In this document: positions 24,487 through 38,030 of the stretch, piece after piece
Layout: each line of letters begins with the position of its first letter
How positions within the stretch are numbered: position 1 is the first letter of the stretch
Assembly (NCBI RefSeq): GCF_036321535.1
Contig: NC_087437.1
Location: 59,212,001-59,276,000 of the forward strand
Reading direction: 5' to 3'
Origin: Camelus dromedarius
Taxonomy: Eukaryota
Length of the DNA stretch: 64,000 nucleotides
Position numbers and translations under genes: made by a program
Notes under the pieces: generated by a model
Database searches by the model: none
Seen by the model: only the letters and a program-made list of their open reading frames with translations
What the model was told of the DNA's origin: nothing

Positions 24487-27400
24487 TGAGGGCCATTGTT
24501 TAACTGGTGGAATGTTTTCCTATGAAGGTAAAAATTAGGCTTTCTGAAAACATTATTAATAATAAAGAACACAGAAAGCTGATCTAAGTGAGCTGTTTCT
24601 GGTTCATCCAGACGTGGACAGGTCATAGAACTCAGCCCTCCGCTCTGGGCTGAACTCAGCTCCCCTCACCCAGCAGACTTGTCTGAGCCTTTGAGGAAGA
24701 CTGGCCTTCCTCTGGGCGACGGGAATATGAGCCATCTTCCCTCTCCTATAATTTTGTCTTTCATATTTTCCCCACATTTTCTGTAATTAATTTGATGATT
24801 TTTATAATAAAGAAAGCATTCCTTGAATTCTCCATATTTTAAAGACCCCATCCCCCATCCTGGCCCCAGTGAGCAAGGGTGCAGTGCTTCTCAAGAAGGA
24901 CTTCCACAGCCCAGGATCCGCCCCCGAGGGAAATGCTGTGTCCCCAGGTGAGTCATGCAGGTAGGATCACAGGGAAAGGCGAGGCTCACAGTCCGGATGA
25001 ACAAATGTCCCAGCCTTCATGGCCAGCAGCTGGGCTCCAGGTGGGCCCTCTGCTAGGGACAAACTGTCTGCAGGGACAAACTGTCTGCAGATACAAACTA
25101 AAAGGATCTTCAGCCCCCACCCTCAGAGCTCAGGGTCCTGAGACATGCTAACAACCAACATCGATCACCCCAAACTGAAACACATCCTGACCTCATGCAA
25201 GCATTGTGTGCTGAAAGGACAAAGAAGGGGGTGGTTCTCCAGCCAGGACAGAGCAAGGGAGGCATGGCGGGGTGGACGCCGGGCTTTGGAGGATGAGTTG
25301 GATCCTGAAAGGGTGTGAAAGGGCTGGGCGTGCATTCCAGGCAAGAGCCATGGGGTGAGCAAAGACCCAAAGGCAAGAAAGTGTCCTTTTTGAGGGGCGT
25401 GGGCTTTTACAGGTGACGAGCTTGTGAAGCCCTTGTGTGCTGGGCTGAGAGATTCGGACTTTTTTCCATAGGTGACTGGGAACCAGGAAGGGTGGTGGTT
25501 GTTATAGTTTCATTATTTTATCAAGAAACCAGCCCACCTGGATCAAGAGGCCTCAGAGTCTGCTTTCTTGTCCCACCAGCCTCAAGTCATGCAGGTGGGT
25601 CAGTCTGAGCCTAACCAGTATCTGTCCTGAACCTATGGCTGACTCCGGTAAGCTTGCCAAATATTTTTTTTGAACAGTTTTTCATCTCATCTATGCCTTT
25701 CTCTCAAATAGATTCAGAGAGTTTGAAAACAGACAGTTAACGATGGAGGTGGGAAGGGGACAGGGCTGGCTGCAGGAGGAAGAAGGGAAAAGTCCTCTTT
25801 GGCCTAAAACAATTTATTCGAGTTACGTTTAATTGTACGTTTTCATATGAGACTTCCAAATTTTATGCCACAATAAAACAGAGCAGCCTTTGCAATGATT
25901 AAACTAGCAACATCGTGATCCTCACGGCTAGAGCAGCTTCCAGCGCGTCACCACACTTAATTAAAGGTCAGAGATGGGTGCTGTAAGAGTTGCTGTGTTT
26001 TCCTTAATTATTACATGAATGAACAGGTCTATTTTGAATGCCTTACATGACTGAAGATTGCACAAAAACAGAGGCACGTGGGCTCAATCCAATGAGCCCC
26101 ATTCTTCCCCTGCCCCCCACTTTGAGAAATCTTCCTGGCTCATCACTCCCTCTAGAAATTCCCCCCAGTGGATAACCCAAAGGAGAGCAAGAACATGCTG
26201 TCAGCCAAACAGGCTCAAGAAAAGCACGGACAGCTAGGAGCCCAGAACATAGATCTTAGCAAGTCACATCCCTCTTTGAGTATCAGTTTTCCCATCCGTA
26301 AAGTGGGGACATTACATGAGCTAACTATTTAGGACAGTCTGTTATTTTATGAAAAAAGCCATATCTTTTCACCCCATCTCATGTGATAAAGGAGAAGAAA
26401 GGAAGGAGGGATGCAGGGAAGAGGGAAGGGAAGGAGGGAGGTGGGCAAATTTTGTTCACAGTACATATTTGCATCCACCTTGGCTAATTTCAGACCCTCT
26501 ACTCTTGGCACTGCCCACTGCACACATCAGTGCCCAGACCTGTCAGCTACAGAATAAATGCTAAACTAGACCCTCCCTCCAGCCTTCTTCCACCGCTCAG
26601 GCGCATAGCGTGAATCAAACTCCACAAACTGGGATGGGGGCAGCGGCCTTTGTAGGATGGGAGGCAGTCGGCTGGGCTGGAGCTCGGTAAGTCTGCGCTG
26701 GCCTGTCCCCTTGTTCAGAGGCTTCACTGTGCTCGGATTCATTTCCATAGTGAGAGTTTCAAATTAGAGCCCCTTTTGATGGCTCACCCGAGCTGAGGCA
26801 GCTGGAATTCTGCCTCCTCCTTTGCTTTGAAAAACTCCAAGTCCAACCTGTGTCTTAGGCCGTTTATTCAATCCTGTACCTTCAAAGGTCACAGCATCTA
26901 CAGTTCAGAAAGTAGGTCTTTCTCATAGCAAGGTTCATCTCAGGCCTTTGCACCACTCCCATTCTCTTTTTTTTAAGGGTTTGTCAAAAAAAAAAACCAA
27001 ACCACAAAATGTGAAGTTTTCCAAATAAAATCAGTATCAGAAGGAATTGGGTTTCTTCTTTTGTTCAAACAATGCTTGTAAATGTGCTATTATCCAAGAC
27101 CATTTTTGTCACCTAAAAGGGGTCAGAATTCTCACACTGCGACGCACTCCAAACCAGATGCTTCTGGGGAAGGGTTGGGGCAGTGAGGAGACAAGGAGCT
27201 TAGACCTCATCTAGTTTAAATCTGTGCTTTTCTAGAAAAGAAAACTGAATTCCAGAAAAGTCTCAGCCACAGGCTGGAGTTAGAATCCAGTATTCTCTGT
27301 TTTAGCCGACCCCTTTGACTGTTAGTTTCTGCTCTTCAGAGGAGCGACATGTTAAGACTACCTTCTGGTCAGCTTTTGCATAAGAAAGGAGACAGCTGAA

Positions 27401-28862
27401 ATAGCTGTTGCTCTAGTAAATGAAGCTGTTTGTTATTGCTCTGAAGGGAAAACAAGGCTAAATAATAGAGGTGCCCGGGTTCCACTGTCAGAGCCATCAC
27501 CGGGCTCCTCGGAATGACAGACTCTTCTCTGGCATCGGCCATTTCCCTCCTGGCAAATTAAGAGAAATGACTAAGCTTTGCTTCTGATGGCAGAGGATTT
27601 TGAAGACAGGAATGTTGCGCTGGTGCTTATTATGACTGGGGACCTAGAAGGAAGGTGGGAAGTGGTTAACAGTATGGATGGAGACCCAGGTGACAAGTGA
27701 CGAGGAAGAGGGGAGAGCTGGCGTCAGGGCTAAATAAAGATGACCCTCGGGCTCTCCCCTGCCCTGATCACCTGCCCCATCCCTCCTGGGAGGCATTTCC
27801 TCACATCTAGGATGGAGTCATGGCCCTCAGGACTGGTGACTCAGGGTAGATGAGCTTCCCAGTCATCTCAGACAACTGTATCCATCCATCCACGCATTCA
27901 TCTTTTTGCATGTCTACTCTCATCCCTCCCAGTTTCAAAAAGGATTTAGTGTAACTCAAATCAAATGTAACAAAATAACTTGAGTTAAAGACAAGAAGGA
28001 AAGAAGGAGGAAAAACAAAAATGAAGGACTAAGAGGGGTCCAGGAATGAATGACCAGAAGCAAACACCTCAACATTCATTTTGCGATCATTTACCCAGCT
28101 GCACACACGTGATTTATGTACTTTTCAATATGGGTGTACGGATGGCAACGTAAAAATCGATTTATTCTTTTTAAAGGGGTAGACGTTGCAGGTTAGCTTT
28201 CCTGTTCTCTCTCGTCCCCCTACCTGAAATGTACACATGAGGCTGGAGGGGCTGCAGCCTTGGGGCCACATGCGACAGGCCACATCTGGTGTAGTGGCAC
28301 ACAGATTAAAACCAGAGACATCAGTGAGGCTGCAGAGTAACGGCACCGCCCCTGGACAGTCTGCCCCTGCGCGCATCGGCAGGTGAAGGGAGCCAGCTCC
28401 GACTTCGTAGAGCAGTGTCATCAGTGATGCTGCACGTGCAGTCAGCTGCAGTCCTGATACAGAAGGCGCCCAGAGCCAAGGACTTCGTGAAACTGCTGGG
28501 GTTGGGGACAAGCAGAGACTGAGAAGGGAGGATGGTGTGCTAGATGCTTTGGGGGCTCTTGGCATTGCATGGCTGCAGAGAGGAGGCTCGGCCTGCAGGG
28601 GAGACTGAGGTAGGACAACCAGAGAGGCAGGAAGTGGGAGGGAAAACTTGCCAAAGGGGGCTGTACTTTTGCCTGTAAGCTTTGTCACAACGACAAGAAA
28701 AAGGAAACCAAGTCTGTTTATACCACCAGATATGAAGATCAGTGGCTGAGAATCAGCACGATTAACCGTGAGACATAGATCAGATGGGCATTTCTTCCAA
28801 AGTCTTTGCACAGTGGGCACTTTGTCTCTTGGTCCAAGCCTCCTCAAGATCAAGCATCCTAA

Positions 28863-29118
28863 ATTAGAAGTTTGGGATCAACGGACACACATTACTGTTC
28901 TCTAGAAAAGGAAACTGAATTCCAGACAAGTCTCAGTCACAGGCTGGAATTAGAATCTAGTGTTCTCTAGATACTGAAAAAAAATACATATATATGTATA
29001 TGTATATGTATATGTATAACTGAATCACTTTGCTGTGTACCTGAAACCAACATTGTAAACTGACTACACTTCAATAAAAATTTTTAAAATAAAATTAAAA
29101 ATTAAAAAAAAAAAAGAG
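28863..29118 (+). mobile_element. 5'-truncated L1 3' end with a foreign internal segment, flanked by a perfect 16-bp TSD
   Basis: TSD AGATCAAGCATCCTAA at 28847-28862 and 29119-29134. L1 tail ATAACTGAATCACTTTGCTGTGTACCTGAAAC...CTTCAATAAAA plus poly(A). Confidence 0.9.
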
Positions 29119-31319
29119 AGATCAAGCATCCTAACAGACGGAGCTGTGAGCTGCTCAGGGTTGTTTCTTAGCACATCCCTCCATGGGAGCAAGTGAGATC
29201 ACCATAACATAGAAAGCAAATTCTACGCAGGGCCCAGGATGTATGGTCCAAGAACGCCTATTCCCAGCCACCTGGTGGGTGAAAGCAAGGTCACAATAAT
29301 CTAGGGGACCTCTGGCCATTGCGCTGGGAAAAGTGAGATTCCAGGCGTGGTGCCAGAGGATGAGCTCTCTCTTTGCAGGCAGGGATGGGGCAGCTGGGAG
29401 CTGCTGCAGAGCACGCAGGCAGTGTTCCCAGTCAGCAGGGAGTCTTGGGCCCAGCCACAGCCCAGACTGAACCAGGGACTCGCAGGGGACCCTCACCAGG
29501 GTGCCCTCCAACCAGGAGTCATGAGGACAACCAGCCAAAATGTGTTTCTGCAAAGTGTGGTACAGGCAGAAGGAATGAACATGGGGACAGGGACACCCAG
29601 ACAAGCACTTAGATCGATTCTCCACCTATTTTGGGAAAGAGCCCTTTCTGTAGCTGCTTAAGCATTAGGAGGGGGAGGAGCAGGGCCAGCCATTCCAAGG
29701 CAGCCTGGGGGTGGAGGAAACAGGTGACAGGGATGTGTCTTTGAGAGGACAGAGGTAGATGGACAAAGAAGGGGAAGTGATTTGATTCAGGACCTAGACT
29801 CTGGGTTCCTATAGAATCAGATGGGGAGGGGCCTTCCAGTCCAGACCCCCGTTTTATACATGGGGACACTAAGGCCCAGGGAGATGGAAGAACTCACAGT
29901 CACATAGCTGCTCAGTAGCAGAGCATTGATCTGATCCATGGGAGGAGGGACTGGACATCTCGCGGAAGGGGCAGGAATGGGGGAGAAAAGCAGACACACA
30001 CCCTGGCCAGGGGCCAGCCCTCTAAGGACTGTGTGTGAACCTAGGATTGAGACTTTCTAAAACAATCCGGGAATATAAAACCCTGGGAGGCCCTGCTGGC
30101 CACCGAGAGACCTCCTCCCCGGAAACAGTAAGCTACAAAAAGCCTGCTGTTGGGATGGCTGGCTTTGTGTTTGAGGATGTGGACTGACCCCAGAGCATTA
30201 CACGCCCACACCGACACTGTGCCTGCAAATCGCTCTTCCTCTCTGTGAGATCAGCTCAGCAAGGCATGGCCAGAGTCTCCAGTGGCCAGATGCTGGGCAG
30301 CGGGATACGCCCATATCCACCCAGTTCAACCCAGGGCAGGCTCGAGTAATCACAGGCCGTGCGAGGGAGAAGGGATCTTAAAGCACACATGCCAGCCTCA
30401 CTCCCGTCTCCACCAAACACTGCAATTCCTTCTATCTTGAGGTGGCTCGGCCGCAGCTGGAAGAGCTCACAGAGACAGCTCGTGGCCCCACAGAACGGCC
30501 GCTCCCACCCTGGGACCAAGAATCTGCTCCCCTACCCGCCCTGTGTCTCCTGCCTCCTGTTCGGTCCCTTGAAATCCCATGGCATAAATCCCTTCCTCCT
30601 CCCCATATCAACCCTTGAACTGGTGAAACACAGTGACAAGCACCCTAATCCCCTCCTTTCCAGGCTGAACACCCCTGCCTCTCTCAACCAGTTTCCCTAT
30701 GACTGGTCCCAGTCCTCCACCAGCTCCCCCTCCCACCATCCATTCCTAGTCATTTTCTACTATATTCTCTCCACTAGATTAATCAGTTGTCTGGGCTCCC
30801 AGGATTGAACATAGCATTCAAGGTGAAGGCCAACATCTCAAATCACCCTCCCGGAGACCTAAGGAGGCGGCTTATCCACCTGCCCCTTCTCCTTCCTATT
30901 ATTTCGCGTTTAGACCCCCTGATTCAAGCTTCGGTCACACACACACGAAAGCCACACTTGCTCAGAGAACATTTCTGGTCACCTGTGCTCATGATTAAAG
31001 CTGTGGCAAATCCTAATTTTCCAAAACCTTACAGAGGAGGAATATTTAACGCTCTAAAAGGCAGCGGGGTCGAGGGTGAACTCCCCAGCACAGCCCATGG
31101 TGACGCTAACCTCAGCTCTGGGTCTGGGGGCCGGCTCAGCGGTGACGTATTCATCCAGCCGAGAGCTAACTCTCAGCACCTGCTGGGCCCGCTAGCGCCA
31201 TGGCAGAGGGTGTTCGCATACAGCTTTTACCCCGAGGAGCCCAGTAGAGGAGATCCACACCTGCAGAATTACAGTAGAGTGTGCTAGATGCTGTAACTGA
31301 GGCAGGGAAATGGGCAAAG

Positions 31320-31750
31320 TCAGTCTCCTATTGCTGCTGTAACAAATTACCACAAACCCCAAAAGAGTCTCACCAGACTAATATCAAGGTGTCAGTAGGG
31401 CTGGTGTCCTCCTGGAGGTACCAGGAGAGGATCCACTCCCTTGCCTTTTCCAGTGTCTAAAGGCTGCCTGCCTTCCTTGGCTCAGGGCCCCCTTTCTTCA
31501 TCTTCAAAGCCAACAGCATTGCTGTCACATCTTCAGATCTCTCCCTGACCTCCTGCCTCCTTTCGCTTATGAGAACCCTTGTGATTACTTTGGGCTCACC
31601 TGGATAATCTTCCCAACTCAAGTTCCTCAACCTAATCACTCCTGCGAAGTCCCCTTTGCCACGCAAGGTAACCTATTCACACAGTCATGGGTCTGGGACT
31701 AAAACATGGACATCTTCGGTGGCCACCTGTTTGGCCATCATGTTCCACAG
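31320..31750. mobile_element. MaLR LTR (MLT1B/C-like)
   Basis: ATTGCTGCTGTAACAAATTACCACAAAC...CATCTTCAAAGCCA...GGATAATCT...AAGGTAAC. Confidence 0.8.
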
Positions 31751-34649
31751 AGAACAACTAACTCTGCCTGTGGGAGTGGTTACATTTGGATGTAGCCTTT
31801 AAGACTTTGCGGTTTTATCCAGGAGCACCCTGGCATAAAAGGGAAAAGAGAGTTAAAAGAAGGATGTGCTCACACTAGGCGTGGAGACAAGAAAGCAGGG
31901 CTAGTTTTTGTCCCCCTCCTCCTTTTTTTTTTTAAGATTGCTTTCTTTGTTTTGTTTTGTTTTGTTTTTCCAAAAAGAGCCAGCCTCTGCTTGATTGCCT
32001 CCAGGATTGTGAGATAAACTACCTGTCAAGGCAGCTTGTTTGACCTACTGACAGATCTGAACAGAGAAGAATCTTCCTTAAATTAAAGCCTGGGGTCTCC
32101 ATCATCACCAGAAATGTTCATACATCTTACAGAGCCCAGGAGTTACTTTAGTTGGACCAGAAGGGTAGTAGACTCTGGGAGAGTCATGGCACCCAGGGTC
32201 TGATGCATCCAGAAGGATCTCTGAGGTTCATCCTCAGATAGACTGTGTTCCACCTAAATTCCCCTGGGTTGTTGGGCCAATAACACACTAGAACAGAGTA
32301 TTCCCAAAGGTGGGTGGCCTGCAGAGTTTCATTGATGCCATCTCCTCTACTCCTGTCCTACAAATTAACTGAAAAAAAAATAAACTGAGGCTGACTTTGA
32401 ACATGAGCTTGAAGGGGCAAAAACTTGGAAATACTGACATATTCTGTTTTTCTTTTGATGTCCCTGCAGACATGAATTGCTAGGGGTTTGGATCCAGAGA
32501 GAAGGCCCAACTCTCTGCCTTCTGCCCAAGGTAGCTGGTGGGCCTCAGTCTGGCAGCCCCACAGCCAATGGGAGAGAGCATGGGCACTCTGGGCTGTGGG
32601 GTCTGGGGAGGGAGGACGGTACCTTGGGAAAGGCTTGTGCAGAAGATGCATCCTACACCCCTGTCACCTCCTGGCACCCTCTGTTGATGTTCTTTGTCCT
32701 GGGTCTTCTTTGTGCCAAGTGGGACTGTTCTGGGTTATGCTCTGGGGTGTGAATGCAGTGGGTCAAATACCGCCTCGCCCTCCTGTGTGCAAACCACAAG
32801 GGAACCCTTCCCTGGTGAGCGAGACCATGCACTTTTACCTCCATTATCTTCTTTGATTCTTATAACATCCCAGGAGGATGGGGAAACTGAGTCAGTGGCA
32901 TTGCTGAGACCCACCTCTGAGACCAATTCTGTGCTGTTCCCACCAACCAAGGGTGCCTCCCATGGGCCCCCAAATGGCTCCTGCAGGATCAGGGCCAAGC
33001 CGGCAGCAACTGTCAGAATGGCCCACACTTAGATTTCTACCTCCTTTCTCTCATCTCCTTCCCCTCTCAACTACCTCTCTCCCACCCTTTTCTCTTCTGT
33101 ATTCCTCTCTCTTGATTCTTCTTCTCTCCTTCTCAGCAGCCAAAGCCCCCACAAATAACTCTAAGATCTCAGGGAGTCCCCAGTAGGTTTAAGGGACTAG
33201 AACCACGAGGTCAGGACATCTACAGCCGCGGATGTGAGTGTCCTCCTGGTGCTTACCTCCCTCGCTCCTGGGTCCTGGGTTGAGCAGCTGACCCATTCAT
33301 TCCAGGAGAAGCAGTGGGGGAAGGGGGCTGGAGTAATCAAGGCCAGAAGCCAAGAGACTTGAGCCCACATGACAGCTCCGCCAATCATAACCTTAGGAAC
33401 ATTACTCCTCCACTCTGGACCTCAGTTTTCACATCAACAAAGTGGGATAATAATACCCACCTCCCAGAGCAGTTGTGAGGGTTAGAAAAATTGATTTCAT
33501 GGTACCAAGCATGTATTAGATGTTTAATAAAGCTTGGTTGAATGTGGTAGCAGCTGGAACACAGAACCCTCCCAAGTGTTGGACTTGAAAATATCAGTAT
33601 CTGTGCTGGGGTAATAAAAGCGAGGACGCACCTGGAAGCATTAACAGAGAGGTGGAAGGGATGGAGGAAGAGTGTCACTGGGGAGAGGCTGTTCATCATT
33701 TCCCCACCTCAGGCATCTCAGGCTCCCAGTACTCTGGATCCAGCCACTGAATTCAATTAATGCTTGTCTCTTTATGATGTTGATGAAATCATCCTGTAAC
33801 ATTCCAGATGCCTACTGAGGGTGTGTGCAGCTACTGGGCAGTGAGTCCTGGAATCTCCCTTGCCTTCGGCATGCCCTGGGAGTAATGGGGATTTTTAAAA
33901 GCTGGGAAGCCTAGTGTGACTTCTTCCAAAACAGACTTGGTCAGTCCCAATGTCAGCAGAGATCAGACCCAACCTGTGGTTATTCCAGACAGAGGAGCCA
34001 ATTACAACATGCTGTGTCCAGGGACGGGATTGGTGGGGAGGGAGAGACTGGAAACTTGGAGAATAAAAATGGATGGACTTTCAGTGAAACGTGCAAGTTG
34101 TCCCCAGTTACCTCCTCTCCCTCCAATGGCCCCACTTAGATGGTAGCAAAGGATTTTAAATGATAAACCCACCACATCTCAGGGAATGGGAGAGGATTAC
34201 CAATGGACTAGAGATCTCAGCAAGTTGGAACAGAACAGTTGAAAAGAGGTGAGGAGGAAGAAGCCATAGCTAGTGTGAGCAGAGAGACCCCATTTTCTTA
34301 ACAGAAACCCAGAGAGGTTTGAAAATCGGCTACACCAGGTACAACACAAGACAGGTATGAGATGTGGGAGTAAAAACCAGGGAGCTATTTGTACGCTGCT
34401 ATGGGGAACAGTTGCCTCTGCTTTCATCCCTAGGAAGAAAAACAAACAAACAAGTTATTTTTAAAAATTACAATGTGCAATTAAAAACAACCCTCTCACA
34501 AATATTCTGTCTTGCAGAGGTCCAGTATAATACTCAGCTTACTACCCCAGCACCATACCACGAATCTTTCCAGTCAACAAATCTTGCCCTTGTGCATAAA
34601 GTTCTCGAAGTTGGTGATTTTTATTGCCTCACTTAAAAAATATGAACCA

Positions 34650-37600
34650 ACAACCAAGGATTTAAGGGAAGCAAGCAGCAAACGACAACAAATCCCAGAG
34701 AAAACAGATATAGTCGGAAAGGAAAAGGAAACTTTAAAAACTAAGAAATTTTAAACTCTAGTATCCTGAGAGAACTCTAATAGAGACTACATCCATGAAA
34801 CAAAGTAAGAGTCTATAAAAAGGAACAATTAAAGAACAGGCAACCACAGAAATTAAAAATACAACAGCAGAGATTAACATTTTAATTAAAGTGTTAGCAC
34901 ATAGAGTTGAGAAGTCTCCAGAAAGTAGAAGAGAGATATTTAAAAGACAGAAGAAAAGAGAAGATAAAAAAGCTTAAAAGAGAGGCAAAAAATTATCAAG
35001 GAAATAGTGTATGAAAATTTCACAAAACTTGAGGACACAGGTCTCCAGAGGACCCTGGACGTTCGCAGCCATGTAAGTGAAATAAAGAGGAATCCATAGC
35101 ACATCACATTGAAGTCAGAACCCAAAAGATGTACAGAAGATCCTAATGGCTCCCAAAAAGGAAAAATGAGCCAGCTGTAAATAACAACAATGAATTCTCA
35201 CTGGTAATCTTGGTGCAAACAATTATTTGAATTTAGAATTCTATTTCCAGCTAAACTAGCAACCAAGTGTGAGAGGAGAATAAAGACATTTTCAGCTAAG
35301 GACTCAGAAAAGGGGATACCCTCTGTATCCCTTCTCCTAGCAAGTTGAGTTATAAGATGAGAGAGCACACTAGAAAGAGAGGGATGTGGAATTTAGGAGG
35401 CAGTGGCAGCCACCAAGGAAAGCCATGAAGAGAAGCTCCAGGAGATAGCTGGGTAGCCTGCTCAGAATGGTTTCTACAAATTCCAGGAAAATGAAGGAAG
35501 TGCTAGAAAGGAAATGTAATTACAATGTTCTATTTGACACGATAGTAAATAATATTTACAAAGAAACAATAACATCAATTCCTTTCTGTTCATTTTCAAT
35601 AACTATCAAAATGTTAATTATGAGAGAGCATAAAAGTCATCAACCTTGACAGAAATTGGGAGGGAAAAGGAGAGCAGGGGAAAGGATTCAAACAATGGGG
35701 ATCATACAGACCACAACTGAGTTAGGAATCAATAATAGAAAGGTATAAAAAAAACTGGAATTAAAAGCACACTTCTAGACAACTCAGTTCACAGAAACAA
35801 TCATAATGGAAATGAGAAAATACAGAATTGAACAATAGCAGAGAATTAACATTAACAATAATACCACAGCTTAAAATAGGAGCTGCTGCTGAAGAAGTCC
35901 TTAGGGGAAATTTATATCCCCCAAAAGGTGAAAGAATAAATAAAAATCAATGGGCTAAGTATCTGACCTAAGAAGTCATGAAGAGAAAACTGCTAAACAG
36001 ACTCCAAGAAAATAGAGGAAGGAAATAATAAAGATAAAAGCTGACAGTGAATGAAACAGAAAATAGCAATGCACTAGGGAGGGGCTGCAGAGCCCAATGT
36101 TTGTTCTTAGTAAAATTAGTAAAATAGAAAAAAAAAAATCTTGTGAGATTGATTTAAAAAAAAGGGAGATGGATATAAACAGCATTAGGGATGAAAAAAG
36201 GGGGCCAACAATAGATACAACAGAGATTTGAAAGCAAAACAGAAATTAAAATATTATGAAAAACGCTAGGCTAATATACTTGAAGACTTAGAGACAAAAT
36301 GAACAATTTCCTAAAAAACATGTAACATAATGATAGTGAGGAAATAGAAGACTGAACAGATCTATAACCACTGAACTAAATTAAAGCAGTAGTTAAGAAT
36401 AAGCCACACAAACTTAGACATGTGTGGCAGCCAGTCTCCCAAATGGCCCCGGGTGATCTCTGCCTCCTGGTGTTCTCACTTCAACGTTGTGCCCTCCCTC
36501 ATTGAAGAGCCTGACCTGCCAATACCTGTAGGAGACTGAGGAAATGATGAAATGTGACTTCCAAGGCTGAGTTATAAAAGACACTGACTTCCGTCTTGAT
36601 AGCTCTCTCTTGAACCACTCACTCTGGGGGATGCCAGCTGCCTACAGAATCCCTGCAGGGTTTCTCAGTGGAGCTGGACATGCTGACCTTAAAATATGCA
36701 TGGAATTGCAAAGGGCCCAGAACAGATAAGACTTTTCTGAAGAACAACAAGGTGGAGTGGTGACTCTACCAAGAAGTATTGAAGCTGCAATAATGAAGAC
36801 AGTGAGTATAAGACTAGATAAATAGGCCAACAGTTTAGGCTCCAGAACCCAGAAGCCAACCCGTGTGTGGAAGGAAACTTGATAAATGACAGAACTAGCT
36901 TTGCAAACCAGTAGGGAAAGAATGGACAATGTGATAAATGGTCTGGGACAGTAGGATGTACATCTGGGAAAAAATACCATTGTTTCCCTATATCACATCA
37001 CATACTAAAATAAATTCCATGTAGATTAAAGACCTAAATGTTAAAAACAAACTTTTGCAAATTTTAGAAGAAAACACAGGAGAGTAACTTTATGACTTGA
37101 GAGTAGGAAGACTTTCTTAAAACAAGATTATTTTTCAAAAGCACAAAACATAAAGTTAGATTGCTAAATTTAGCTAAATTAAAATTAAAGTTGTTGCTCT
37201 TTACAAAGGCAGTACAAATAAGGTGAAAGAAGAAGACTCAAACTGAAAAAAGGTAGTTGCAAAGCACATAATTTACAGAGGAATAGTGTCCAGGATATGT
37301 AAAGAGTTCTTACATTTCAATAAGAAAAAGACAAAATGCCCCATTATAAATTGGTCAATGTATATGTACAGATAATTCTCAGAAGAAGAAATCTGAATGT
37401 TCAATAAATACTTAAAAATAAGCTCCACTTCACTAGTTGTCAGGGAAATGTAAGATAAAACAACAATGAGATATCATTTCCTACCTATTAGACTGATAAA
37501 AATTTAAAATTCAGATATTGTCAAGAGTTGGTGAGAATGCGGAATAATGGAGCATAAAAAGGAAAAATACTGGGAGTAAATGTCCATCAACAAGAGAAGG

Positions 37601-38030
37601 GATAAATTGTGGTTTATTCACTCAATTGAATATTGTGCAGCTATTAAAATGAATGAACTAGAGCCAGATGCTTCACATGGATAAATCTCAAAAATGTGTT
37701 AGCCCAGAAAAAATAAATTTGAAGAACGCTATATGCAGAGTAGCATTTATATAAAATTTTGAAAACAGGCAAAGTGTTATTTCAGATTGTTTAGAGCTGT
37801 AGGAAGAGTATAAAAACCTGTCTAGGGGTGTGAAACACCAAATTTATTAATGTGCTTACCCCTAAGGAGAGGAGAGGCGAGGACCAAGGACAAGGAAGAG
37901 ATGGAAACAGGTGCCTCCAACTTTGTTGTATTTTATTTGGTTAAAAAAAATCTGAAGCAAATATAGCAAAGTATATAGACTGCACATAGCTGATTGAGGT
38001 GTCCAAAGTTGTTCTCTGTAATTTTCTGAA
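34650..38030 (+). mobile_element. Old fragmented L1M (ORF1, ORF2 and 3'UTR remnants)
   Basis: A-rich plus strand with L1 landmarks, e.g. AATAAATTCCATGTAGATTAAAGACCTAAATG, AACAACAATGAGATATCATTT, AATGTCCATCAACA. No intact ORF. Confidence 0.8.
36421..36642. mobile_element. MaLR LTR fragment nested in the L1
   Basis: TGTGGCAG...AATGGCCCC...CCTCCTGGTGTTC...TGTGACTTCCAAGGCT...ACTCTGGGGGATGCCAGCTGCC. Confidence 0.6.

Noticed and set aside
28125..28853. 242-aa minus-strand ORF
   Set aside because: Non-ATG start, no recognisable domain or codon bias, and it begins at the L1 TSD. Likely chance.
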